Positions 13,480 to 24,989 of a DNA stretch of 64,000 nt are shown one piece after another. A model generated the notes under the pieces. That model was not told the DNA's origin. It was given only the letters and a program-made list of their open reading frames with translations, and made no database searches. This DNA comes from Octopus vulgaris. Its lineage: Eukaryota. Location of the stretch: contig OX597827.1 in the NCBI GenBank assembly GCA_951406725.2, forward strand, positions 81,034,001 to 81,098,000, written 5' to 3'. The position numbers and the translations under genes are program-made. Each line of letters begins with the position of its first letter. Position 1 is the first letter of the stretch.

Positions 13480-13818
13480 CCATACACACACACACAAATA
13501 TAGTTGTATGTGAGTGCTTATATAGCTGTAAATATCTGCATTAAACTGTGGCCTGTGTATATATATATGTGTGTGAATGTACAGCAATGCATGCATGTGT
13601 GTGTATATACAGTGGTGTGTATTCGTGCCTCGCCATATCTACACAACACATCTCATCTAATAAAAGCAGCCGACATTAATTATATTTTGCAAAAGAATTC
13701 AATTTCTCCTGGAAGGGTAATTGTGGAGAAGGGTGAGATTTTTTTTCTCTTCCATCTTCCATCTCTGTGTCACTGATCTTATTTCTATATTGGTACTACT
13801 CTATTGATGGCCATGGCC

Positions 13819-13865
13819 TATCTATCTATCTGACTGTCTGTCTGTCTATCTGTCTGTCTGTCTGC

Positions 13866-13907
<42 letters not shown>

Positions 13908-13948
13908 GTTTGTCTGTGTGTCAGTCTGTCTGTCTGTCTCTCTGTCAG

Positions 13949-14024
<76 letters not shown>

Positions 14025-14135
14025 TTTGTCTGTGTGTCTGTCTGTCTTTCTGTTTGTCTGTCTGTATGTCTGTCAGTCTATCTATCTATCTATCTATCTA
14101 TCCGTTTGTCTGTCTGTCTTTCTGTCTGTCTGTTT
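13819..14135. repeat. (TATC)n/(TGTC)n compound microsatellite
   Basis: Direct; similar tracts at 27525-28050 and 47305-47660. Confidence 0.95.
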
Positions 14136-14178
14136 TTCTCTTCTTTACCACTCTCTCTCTCTTCCTCCCTCCCTATCG

Positions 14179-14212
<34 letters not shown>

Positions 14213-14539
14213 TGAACGTCTCTTCTTCATTCATCATACTCCTTTCTAACACTCTCTCTTTCCTCTATGACTCTACTCATGATGGTTTCTATCCAACATC
14301 CTTACCAACAACCAGCATGTCACTGTATCACACACTCATAAATAAACACAAAAGTATCTACACACACACACACACACACACACATAAACTTGCTCTCCAT
14401 TTTGTTATACTGATGCTGCCATCTCACTTGGTATTGTATCCTCCTCTCTGTCATCCCTTCTCTAGTCTATCCACCATGGCAATTCTGTTGCCCTGAGAAA
14501 ACAGACGTCAATGTAAGTAGAAAGGGTTCTCTGGAATTC

Positions 14540-14895
14540 TCAGTGGCAAGGCAACCTCACTGGTGCTGGTGCCATGATAAAATAAGCTGACTGCACTGTG
14601 TAAAGTCACTGGCAAGCAGACAGAGGTAATGAAGAGTCTAGAAGGATCTTCAGTCTTGTTGGAGACTGCACAAATTCTGTAGTGGTGGTGATGGTGATGG
14701 TGTACACAATAAACAGTGGCTGGTGTCAGAAGGGGCATCCAGCCATAGAAAAAACATGTTCAAAAGTGGAATGTATAATTGAGGTCTGGTCCCTAACAGA
14801 GGCAGGGAAGTAACTTTTGAAAAGGAATTATTTGGAACATGTCTGCCCATCTTAACCATTCTGGCTAGGAAAATAGGACAAAAAAATAATAATGA
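14540..14895 (+). mobile_element. Old variant of the RTE-3'UTR-related repeat
   Basis: GGTGCTGGTGCCA..., GTGGCTGGTGTCAGAAGGGGCATCCAGCC, similar to GTGGTTGGCGTTAGGAAGGGCATCCAGC of the RTE tail. Confidence 0.55.
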
Positions 14896-14941
14896 TAACA
14901 ATGGTATACTCATCTCTCTCTCTCTCTTTCTGTTTGTAGCT

Positions 14942-14975
<34 letters not shown>

Positions 14976-15064
14976 TCTTTCTAGGAGCTAGATCTTGAGG
15001 TACATATAAGCTACAATACCGAGTAAATATTGGTCTGAAATCCTTTTAGATAGAAGACGTTTAA

Positions 15065-15137
15065 GGCTGCTTCTGAGACTTGAACCTGCATCTCCTGTAG
15101 ACACGACAGGAGTCCTACCACTGGACCAAAGCCATCC
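15065..15137 (-). pseudogene. tRNA-like pseudogene or solitary SINE head
   Basis: Minus strand GGATGGCTT-TGGTCCAGTGGTAGGACT-CCTGT-cgtgtct-ACAGG-AGAT-GCAGGTTCAAGTCTCAG-AAGCAGCC: A and B boxes, paired anticodon stem, broken T and acceptor stems. Confidence 0.6.
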
Positions 15138-15519
15138 TTCAATATTTTCTTGATGATGTGGGTTTCAATCCCACAGGCAGCATCTGACATTTTCATTCGA
15201 AAAGTGATTTTCAGTTCAATATTCACATTCTATTATTTATAGCTCTATGTACTTCAAGATCCAGTTTCAAAAGCAAATTATTGAACATTCTCTCAAAAGA
15301 GTTTATAATTCTTATGACATCAGCAATACGCCCCCACCCCACATACACATGTAGAAATTATTATACATACATATGTGTGTGTGTGTGTGTGTGTGTGTGT
15401 ACATGTATGTGGTGGACTCACCCGTCAAAGACGATGAACGAGTATTCAGCTTTTGCCACACAAACTGTTCAAATGAATGGTTTCTAGCAATCAAATTTTT
15501 GTGTCGCACATTAAATCAT

Positions 15520-15712
15520 TCTTTGCACCAAATCGATGTTGTTTGAACAGGTGCCATGGTGTGCCACGTGTCAGGTGTCAAAGTGGTTGCAGAGCAACAT
15601 GAGATGAAGGGATTTGCTCAAGAAAACAACCTGTCTAGAAATTGGTCCAGGAATTGAAACCAAGATCTCGTGATTGTGGATCCAACACTCTAACCACTAG
15701 GCCATGCGCCCT
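15520..15712 (-). mobile_element. SINE family D (tRNA head plus CORE-like TTGAGCAA segment)
   Basis: Minus: GGGCGCATGGCCTAGTGGTTAGAGTGTTGG...GGTTTCAATTCCTGGACC...TTCTTGAGCAAA..CTTCATCTCATGTTGCTCT. Confidence 0.8.
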
Positions 15713-15753
15713 CATATATAACTGTACACATATATGTATGTGTGTATATATAT

Positions 15754-15790
<37 letters not shown>

Positions 15791-16053
15791 TAGGGGTTGT
15801 AAATGCAACCCTCCATGGGATAACATATATCCAATATACTGCTAGAGAAGTACCCAACAAAGCTAATACATAAATGTTAAGAATTGCGATGCAATTAATT
15901 CATTTACTGTATTACATGGGCAAAGGTAAAATGTTTTACCACAAATTAATAATACAAAATAAGAAAATGGAGAAATACATCTAAATCAATGATCAACTAC
16001 CAGATAATACCCAATCACATAATTTATTAAACCACTATATATATATATATATG

Positions 16054-16092
<39 letters not shown>

Positions 16093-16289
16093 CATAGAGT
16101 TAACAGATGAGACAGACATTTTCTATATAGAAAACAGTTGCATCCAAAAAGCTTCAACTGATACTCTGATATCTTTAGCAAGGACTGAGTCAGCAGAGTA
16201 AAGAGTGGCTACAAGGGGAATCCATGTGAGCAGACATGGAGACAATGATGCAAATAAACAGAAAGACTGTTTATTTGGTTCGATCATGT

Positions 16290-16975
16290 AGATGATTTGC
16301 CAGTGGAACGTTAAAGGCACCATTCAAGCGTGATCGTTGCCAGGGCCGCTGACTGGCTCCTGTGCCAGTGGCACATAAAAAAAGCACCATTCGAGCATGG
16401 TCATTGCCAGTGCTGCTTGACTGGCTCCTGTGCAGGTGGCATGTAAAAGGCACCATTTGAGCGTGGCCGATGCCAGTACCCCCTCACTGGTCCTCGTGCC
16501 AGTGGCACCTAAAAGCCACCCACTACACTCTTAGAGTGGTTGGCGTTAGGAAGGGCATCCAGCTGTAGAAGCTTTGCCAGATCAGATTGGAGCCTGGTGC
16601 AGCCTTCTGGGTCACCAGTCCTCAGTCAAACCGTCCCGAATGGAAATTGTAGCTGTGTTACCTGTGCTCGTGGCACGTAAAACGCACCATCTGAACGTGG
16701 CCGATGCCAGCGCCACCTTGACTGGCGTCTGTGTCGGTGGCATGTAAAAAGCACCAACTGATCATGGTCGTTGCCAGCCTCCTCTGGCCCTTGTGCCGGT
16801 GGCATGTAAAAAGCATTTACTACACTTACAGAGTGGTTGGCATTAGGAAGGGCATCCAGCTGTAGAAACACTGCCAGATCAAACTGGAGCCTGGTGCAGC
16901 CTCCTGGCTTCCCAGACCCCGGTTGAACCGTCCAACCCATGCCAGCATGGAAAATGGACGTTAAACGATGATGAT
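16290..16975 (+). mobile_element. Two tandem 5'-truncated RTE 3'-UTR copies
   Basis: ~65-nt GTGGCACGTAAAA modules, GTTGGCRTTAGGAAGGGCATCCAGCTGTAGAA twice, ending GGACGTTAAACGATGATG; same as 46310-46920. Confidence 0.88.
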
Positions 16976-17199
16976 TATTATCTGTTATTATATATGTTTT
17001 TTTTTTATAAACATAAAACTGTCTTCAAATATCTTAACACTCTGTATATATATACTTATATATATATATATTTATACATAAGTATTAATCATTTGAAAAT
17101 TTTGTCTTTGCCTTTTCTTTATTCACATGTATATATGTATATATATTCTGTATATCGAACCCAAGGAGTTTTATCTGTTTATTTGCATCAGTGTTTCAG

Positions 17200-17234
<35 letters not shown>

Positions 17235-17297
17235 CAAGCTTACATACATACATGCATACATACATGCAAGCATGCATATATGCAAACATACATACAT

Positions 17298-18135
17298 ATC
17301 AAGTACTTGATGCACAAAAGGGATAGAGATGCGGGAAAATTCACAAAATGTGACAACTGATGCAGACTTTGTGGAGTTCACACTGAAGATATCACCCAAA
17401 TCATAAACAGCTGTCCGAAAATGTCTTCATAGTATTATCCACCGATGAGACATGACGTTGGAGCTATTACACTCTATAATGAAATCCGTTGGAAGGATAA
17501 TCGCAAGGATAAAGAAGTAAGAATCCACAATATGGCAGAAGCCAGAGCCACTAATAATGAAAAGGAATACTGGTGGAATGTCCCAGTGAATACCTCAATA
17601 AAATGTAAGCACAACAGACCTGATATAATGATTTGCAATAGAGAAGAGAAACTGTGTACAGTTGTGGAAATTAGCTGCTCAGGGGATGTTAACATAAAAC
17701 TGAAGATCAATGAAAAAGAGAACACCTATGCTGAACTATTGAGAAATCTGCAGTTACTCTATCCAGATTACAAGTTTGGGTTTATACCTGAAATTATTGG
17801 GGCCCTGGGATATATAAATCGTTGCTTAAATACCAATCTTGAGAAATTAGGCTTCTCAAATCCAGAAAGAAGACTACGGATCCAATTCATCACTGGAACT
17901 GTAAAAATCTGTAAAACTTTCCAGAAGTTTATCATTTAAATATATATGAGCATGTCTAGATATGCAGCGATATCTATGAGAATACATACATACATACATA
18001 CATACATACATACATACATACATACAAAACTACCCTGTTGTTGATGTTGAAATTCCAATGAAGGAACCTTGGATCTAGGTTAGAAACCAGTTCTTTCTCT
18101 ATTGGCAAGTAATCTTGAAATAAACTGAATAATGA
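17298..18135 (+). mobile_element. R4/Dong-clade non-LTR retrotransposon 3' fragment (CCHC plus RLE endonuclease)
   Basis: CRLCG..EDIT.IINSC, RHD, HNRPDIMI, VVEISC, KENTYAEL, IIGALG are the restriction-like endonuclease motifs; (CATA)n on both sides. Confidence 0.9.
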
Positions 18136-18136
18136 C

Positions 18137-18181
<45 letters not shown>

Positions 18182-18184
<3 letters not shown>

Positions 18185-18705
18185 TCATCATCATTGTTTA
18201 ACGTCCGTTCTCCATGCTAGCATGGGTTGGACGGTTCGACCGGGGATCTGGGAAGCCAGAAGGCTGCACCAGGCTCCAGTCTTATCTGGCAATGTTTCTA
18301 CAGCTGGATGCCCTTCCTAACGCCAACCACTCCGTGAGTGTAGTGGGTGCTTTTTACGTGCCACCTGCACAGGTGCCAGGCGAGGCTGGCAACAGCCACG
18401 GTCGGATTGGTGTATTTTACGTGCCACCGGTACGGAGGCCAGTCGAGGCGGCGCTGGCATCGGCCACGAGTCGGATAGTGCTTTTTACGTACCACCAGAC
18501 CAGGGATACTAGCTGGTTTAATTCGATTTCGATTTCGCTTGCCCCAACATGTCTTCGCAAGCAAAGGGGGTTGGCATGGGTGCCTGTCGTCGGATGAGGT
18601 TCTATATCGACTTCGCTTGCCTCAACAGGTCTTTGTGTCCAAGGGAGGAAAGGCATGCATAAGTGGGCTGGGCTCACTTGACCTGCCTGGTTTTCTCAGA
18701 CATGC
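18182..18705 (-). mobile_element. RTE 3' end (UTR plus last codons), 5'-truncated
   Basis: Reverse complement of the 46290-46920 type; (GAT)n tail abuts (TA)n. Confidence 0.88.
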
Positions 18706-18914
18706 ACACGCACATAACATGTTAGTGCGCACACTTCTGGCAAAGATTCTTTAAAGTTTGATCAATATTGTTGAGTGCAATGGGAGGAAGTGTGAAGCCG
18801 ATGGTAACTTCTCACCAGGAATACACAACTTGATAATATATAAGTAAACTTGTCCACATTTCCTTTTAGAGTGAGCTTTCTTTTCTGACTCATGGACCAC
18901 TGGCCAATAACATA

Positions 18915-19135
18915 TGTGTGTGTGTCTGTGTTTGTCTCCACACCACTTGACAACCAGTGTTGGTGTGTTTATGTCCCCATAACTTAGCAGTTCAGCAAAA
19001 AGAGACCAATAGAATAAATACCAGCCTTAAAAAAATAAGTACTGGGGTTGCTTCATTTGACAAAAAATATTTCAAGGCGGTGCCCCAGCATGGCCACAGT
19101 CGAATGACTGAAACAACAAGTAAAAGATAAAAAAC
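18915..19135 (+). mobile_element. SINE family A, 3' half
   Basis: CTTGACAACC..TGTTGGTGTGTTTATGTCCCC...GCATGGCCACAGTC.AATGACTGAAAC. Confidence 0.85.
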
Positions 19136-19330
19136 GAAAGATAGAAGATGCATATATATACATATATATAATGTGGGTGATATGGCTATATCTGCTACCG
19201 TAGGAGCCTTTGTCTCCCTTGTCAACTTACTAGTGCTTTTGTAGCTAATGAGTCATTTTGACTCTTATTTCTAGCAATGCTGGTACCACTCTGTACCCTC
19301 TGTCACTTTAGTGACATCTATAAATTTGCC

Positions 19331-19357
<27 letters not shown>

Positions 19358-19361
<4 letters not shown>

Positions 19362-19506
19362 GAAAAATACAAACTGGGACAAGAATGAAAAACATTTAGA
19401 AGACGATACAAAAAACACGGACGGGACATTCGAAGCCTTCAATCTTCAGTCAAGAACCGGATCATCCTAGCAATTTCGGCTGATTAATCTTGAGGATCGC
19501 TCCGAT
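19358..19506 (-). mobile_element. Short PLE-like terminal fragment in (TA)n, related to 42295-42920
   Basis: AAATACAAA.TGGGACAAGAA...AAACAT...GATACAAA...CATTC...TCAGTCAAG..CC.GATCATCCT shared with 42295-42450; (TA)n on both sides. Confidence 0.6.
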
Positions 19507-19574
19507 ATATATATATATATATCATCATTGTTTAACGTATGCTTTCCATGCTGGCATGGGTTGCACAGTGTTTA

Positions 19575-20597
19575 ACATGGCACTAGCTAGCAAGGAGCTG
19601 TCCAGATTCCAGCGGCGGTCTGTTGTGGCACAGTTGTGACACCTGCACTGTACTGCAGTTGTGGAAAGGTCAAACTCCCTACAATCCTCCAGCCTCCGGA
19701 GCCATTCAAGAAACTGTTCCAAGATTCCAAGCACTTCCAAAACAAAATTAGACCGTACAATGCTGCACCACAGAAGACATCATTTGGAACCACAAGAGAT
19801 TTAACTGAGCCAGGATTCATGCAAACTTTCAAGATCCAAGCTCAGGTTTATCCTCGGATTGGCTCTCTACTAACCTCTGTCAAATGAATCACCAAAACCT
19901 GCCTTCCATTATTCTTTTACTCTTTCACTTGTTTCAGTCATTTGACTGCGGCCATGCTGGAGCACCGCCTTTAATCGAGCAACTCGACCCGGGACTTATT
20001 CATTTGTAAGTCCAGTACTTATTCTTTCGGTCTCTTTTGCCGAACTGCTAAGTAACAGGGACATAAACACACCAGCATGGGTTGTCAAGCAATGCTAGGG
20101 GGACAAACACAGACACACAAACATGCATATATATATATATATATACATATATATATACGACGGGCTTCTTTCAGTTTCCGTCTACCAAATCCACTCACAA
20201 GGCTTTGGTCGGCCCGAGGCTATAGAAGAAGACACTTGCCCAATATGCCACACAGTGGGACTGAACCCGGAACCATGTGGTTGGTAAACAAGCTACTTAC
20301 CACACAGCCACTCCTGCGCCTATTGTTTATAATTTGTATCTGTCTTTTGGTTTTGAAATAAGCTATACAAAACGTGTTTTTCAATTATGTGTATTTACTT
20401 TATATACATATATGAGTTGAAAACTTTCTTTTAACATTTCCCTTAACGTCTATGTTCCCTGCTGGCATGGGTCGGAGAGTCATTAATGCAGAAAGTTGGT
20501 GTCTCACCCACCAACAGTTGAGGCCTGTGTAATCTAGACAGTGTTTTAAAATTTCATTATTCTCTTTAACCCAGGCAATGCCTGGTATATCTGCTAG
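19575..20597 (+). mobile_element. Internally deleted Helitron (RepHel N-terminal fragment plus 3' terminus), interrupted by SINE A
   Basis: ORF 19636-19887 CSCGKVKLP...PPEPFKKLF..SKHF...IRPYNAA.Q.TSFG...PGFMQTFKIQAQVY.RIGSLL is typical Helitron; 3' hairpin CCAGGCAATGCCTGG (20571-20585) then CTAG|T at 20594-20597. 5' end not located. Confidence 0.85.
19911..20320 (-). mobile_element. SINE family A, full length
   Basis: Reverse complement of 9955-10357, ending ...CCACTCCTGCGCC. Confidence 0.93.
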
Positions 20598-20631
20598 TAT
20601 ATACAACTTACATATATACATGTATACACAT

Positions 20632-20702
<71 letters not shown>

Positions 20703-20766
20703 CTTGTATGTGTATATATATATATATATATATATACATATATGTATACACACATATATATATATG

Positions 20767-20821
<55 letters not shown>

Positions 20822-20896
20822 GTATATGTATATACATATATACATATATGTAGACACACATATATATATATATGTATGTATATACATGTATATATA

Positions 20897-21105
20897 ACGG
20901 GAAGCTTTATGAAAATAGACAAAAGACGAAGGCAGGTGGAAAACAAATGAACAATTGTATTAGTATGGCGCTCAGGAAATATAAATAAAACAAGTCTTTA
21001 ACGTTTCGAGCCTACGCTCTTCAACAGAAAGATACACAGAGAGAAAAAAAACACAGAAAGAAGGAGAGAAAAAAAATGCGTGCAGTAGCTAACGAATCAA
21101 CATGG

Positions 21106-21107
<2 letters not shown>
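20897..21107 (-). mobile_element. Short PLE-type element in (TA)n carrying a minimal hammerhead
   Basis: (TA)n on both sides; homologous to 5969-6156; HHR motif at 20995-21032. Confidence 0.8.
20995..21032 (-). ncRNA. Minimal type I hammerhead ribozyme motif (CUGUUGA core variant)
   Basis: Minus: UCUUU-CUGUUGA-A-GAGC-GUAG-GCUC-GAAAC-GUU-AAAGA; 5-bp stem I, 4-bp stem II, palindromic AACGUU stem III. Confidence 0.7.
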
Positions 21108-21145
<38 letters not shown>

Positions 21146-21147
<2 letters not shown>

Positions 21148-23365
21148 ACCACACACCCACTACCAACAAGAAAATCATACACACACAGCTCCATACAAGA
21201 ACTACCCACATTGTTACCACTGAACAACTTAGAACAATGCAAACATCAAACTTCCCTTACCTCGACATTCCTATTAAATGTACGTGGCATCAACCTATCA
21301 ATTATTGCCCAAAAATGGAAGATCCCATATATAGAGAGTTGGCTTGCCGAAACGACACATTGCTTCCCTTTCTTTATCCTTACCGAGACTCACCTGAACA
21401 ACACCCATTTAGACGCCGAGGTGAAAATAAAAGATTTCACCATTGTTCGTGCGGATCGTACAAACTGAAATAAGGGAGGGACAGCCATCTTTATCCATGA
21501 CTCCTTCTCACTTGATGCCAAGGACATATTATCCAATGGCTATTGTGAATCTGTATCACTATTCAGCAAGGCCAAGGACATAGTCATTGTTGGTCTTTAC
21601 AGGCCTCCCCAAGCACCTCTAAAGTGCTTTGAAGAGTGCTTTAGCAAAGTCAAGTGTTCCCACTGATATTGACGTAAGAGAAGCGAACAAAGTTGACTCC
21701 CAACATAAAATCTCAGACATAACCTTCACTCCCACTGACATCGTAGCAGCAATAAATGAGGTCAAATACTACTCTGCTGTAGGCTCTGATAGATTCCCCG
21801 CTAGTCTCCTGAAGGAATGTAGACACCAACTTGCAGTCCCTCTGACCAACCTCTGGAGAAATTCGTTAGATGCAGGTTATATACCGAAACAGTTTCTATC
21901 CCAGTCAGTCATCCCGGTTTTCAAACAGGGAAACAGATCCCTCGCACTCAACTATCGCCCAATCTCACTCACCTCCCACATCATCAAAGTGTTTGAAAGA
22001 GTGTTAAGATCAAGGATGGCTGACTTCCTGGAGACCCAGAAACTCCTAAATGCAAATCAGCATGGTTTTCTCTGTGGCAGGGACTGTCTAACACAGCTCT
22101 TACACCACATTGAAGATGTACTCAAAGCCTTGGGAACAGGTTCGAACTCTGATGTCATATATCTTAACTTCAGTAAAGCGTTCGACAGGGTAGACCATAA
22201 TATCCTACTCTCAAAATTGGCAAATGTTGGAATCCGTGGAAAAGTTCTACACTGGATCAAGTATTTCCTGGCGAATAGAACACAACATGTTGTAGTTGAT
22301 GGAGTCCACTCAAGCCCAGCAAAAGTCACCAGCGGTGTCCCCCAGAGGACTGTCTTGGGTCCGCTACTCTTCATAATCTACATAAACGACCTTTCCAGTG
22401 TCGTACATTACAGACACCAAGCTCCAGCAAATCGTCAATGAAGAAGCAGACCGAACTCAACTCCAGTCTGATCTATATGCTGTGAGTCAATGGGCAGACA
22501 GAAACAAAATGCAACTGAACAAGGGAAAATTTGAGCTGATGCATTTTGGAAGAAACTCCTCACTAAAACAGCCATACTCTCTTCCTTCAGAGGAACCGCT
22601 CACAGCCTCTAACAATATCAGAGACCTGGGTGTAATTGTTGATGACGATCTCAGTTGGAGTGCACACATCAACAAGAAGGTCGATATAGCTCGTAGGATG
22701 AGTTCCTGGATCTTAAGAACTTTCCGGTCCAGAGAACAAGGTGTCATCATACCACTTTTTTCCTCCTTTGTACGGCCACACCTTGAATACTGCTGCCCAC
22801 TGTGGTCTCCTCACACAAGACAAAACATCTCCAGAATTGAGTCACCCCAGAGGGCACTCACTAAACGCATTGAAGGCATGGCTGCTCTCGATTATTGGGA
22901 TCGCCTTAAAGCCTTGAAACTTTACTCCCTCCAGTGTCGCCGTGAGCGGTACATCATTTGTACGATGTGGAAAATATACCGCCAACTTTGCCCAAACGAC
23001 CTAAACATTAGCTTCAAGGTTCATCCAAGACTTGGACCACGGGCTATACGTCCCCTGCCCAATTCAAGATCACAACATACATGTACACTGCAACATAATT
23101 TCTTTTCCTCAACAGGCCCTGCCCTATTTAACATTGTCCCGAGAGAGATCAAAGAGGAAAAGGATCCCATCAACTTTAAACAGAGTCTGGATAGATTCCT
23201 CCAAGGAATACCAGATAAGCCACCCATAATTGGATACAACTCACCCAACAAGAACTCACTACTTGAACAAAACTTGACTTAAACAGGATTCGAATAATCC
23301 TATCAGGTGGTGCTATTAAGTTAGACATGGTCTGGACCAATCTTTGGTTGAAACATATCTAAGTT
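21146..23365 (+). mobile_element. CR1-clade-like LINE ORF2 (APE endonuclease plus RT), internally deleted and frameshifted
   Basis: LLNVRGI, ILTETHL, RADR..KGG, GLYRPP (APE); NYRPISLTS, NQHGF, FSKAFDRVDH, SGVPQ.TVLGPLLF (RT); VRPHLEYCCPLWSP, LYSLQCRRER; deletion near 21655, FADD motif lost near 22400; ORF ends 23282. Confidence 0.93.
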
Positions 23366-23396
23366 TATATATATATATATATATAAAGTTGAATAT

Positions 23397-23561
23397 ATAA
23401 GTTGAATGCTTAACTTTCACTTCAGCTAACATTTATTTATGTTTCTCTATCTGTCTAACTATTTATCAAATTTCTCTATCTATCTAATTTCTCTATCTAT
23501 CTATCTATCTATCTATCTTTCGTCTAAAATCAAACTTCATATCTTCTATCTATCTAATTTC

Positions 23562-23595
<34 letters not shown>

Positions 23596-23813
23596 GTCTA
23601 AAATCAAACTTCGTATCTTCGTATCTTCGCGCCATCTTGAAGTATGCCCCCTCTAATACACATATGTTCTCTCTCTCTCACTCTCTCATTCATCTACAAG
23701 CTGTAGTCCTGAGCGCAGATAAGTTGAATGCTTAACTTTCACTTCGGCTAACATTTATTTATGTTTCTCTATCTGTCTAACTATTTATCAAATTTCTCTA
23801 TCTATCTAATTTC

Positions 23814-23847
<34 letters not shown>

Positions 23848-23887
23848 GTCTAAAATCAAACTTCGTATCTTCTATCTATCTAATTTC

Positions 23888-23921
<34 letters not shown>

Positions 23922-24500
23922 GTCTAAAATCAAACTTCGTATCTTCGTATCTTCGCGCCATCTTGAAGTATGCCCCCTCTAATACACATATGTTCTCTCT
24001 CTCTCTCTCACTCTCTCATTCATCTACAAGCTGTAGTCCCGAGCGCAGATAAGTTGAATGCTTAACTTTCACTTCGGCTAACATTTATTTATGTTTCTCT
24101 ATCTGTCTAACTATTTATCAAATTTCTCTATCTATCTAATTTCTCTATCTATCTATCTATCTATCTTTCGTCTAAAATCAAACTGCGTATCTTCTATCTA
24201 TCTAATTTCTCTATCTATCTATCTATCTTTCGTCTAAAATCAAACTTCGTATCTTCGTGCCATCTTGAAGTATGCCCCCTCTAATACACATATGTTCTCT
24301 CTCTCTCTCTCACTCTCTCATTCATCTATAAGCTGTAGTCCCGAGCGCAGATAAGTTGAATGCTTAACTTTCACTTCAGCTAACATTTATTTATGTTTCT
24401 CTATCTGTCTAACTATTTATCAAATTTCTCTATCTATCTAATTTCTCTATCTATCTATCTATCTATCTATCTTTCGTCTAAAATCAAACTTCATATCTTC
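23397..24500. repeat. Tandem array, three ~300-330-bp units plus a partial, with internal (CTAT)n
   Basis: Units begin ATAAGTTGAATGCTTAACTTTC at 23397, 23719, 24049 and 24351. Confidence 0.95.
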
Positions 24501-24749
24501 GCGGTGCACCCGCCCTGCCCACCCCCACCACCAATACCGGATATCTCTATATTTTGCTCCATCTATACCGGATGTCGCTTCTCCCACCACCATTATAGGT
24601 GTCTACTCTTCGAACACCCCTCTTCAATACGCTATTTCACCATGCATTACCCCTCTCTCGATATCCTATGTTCTACTTGCCTAGAACCTGTCATCATTTC
24701 TCTGAACCACCCCTCCCCACTGGTGCTCCCCTATATTTCTGCACCCCCC

Positions 24750-24989
24750 CACATAAAAAGCACCATCCGAACGTGGCCGATGCCAGACCCCTCTGGCACC
24801 TGTGCAGGTGGCACGTAAAAAACACCCACTACACTCGCGGAGTGGTTGGCGTTAGGAAGGGCATCCAGCTGTAGAAACACTGCCAGACTAGACTGGAGCC
24901 TGGGGCAGTCCCGAGCTCCCCAGACCCCGGTCGAAACCGTCCAACCCGTGCTAGCGCGGAAAACGGACGTTAAACGATGATGATGATGA
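24750..24989 (+). mobile_element. RTE 3'-UTR truncated copy
   Basis: GTGGCACGTAAAA...GGCGTTAGGAAGGGCATCCAGC...GGACGTTAAAC(GAT)n then (TA)n. Confidence 0.88.
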
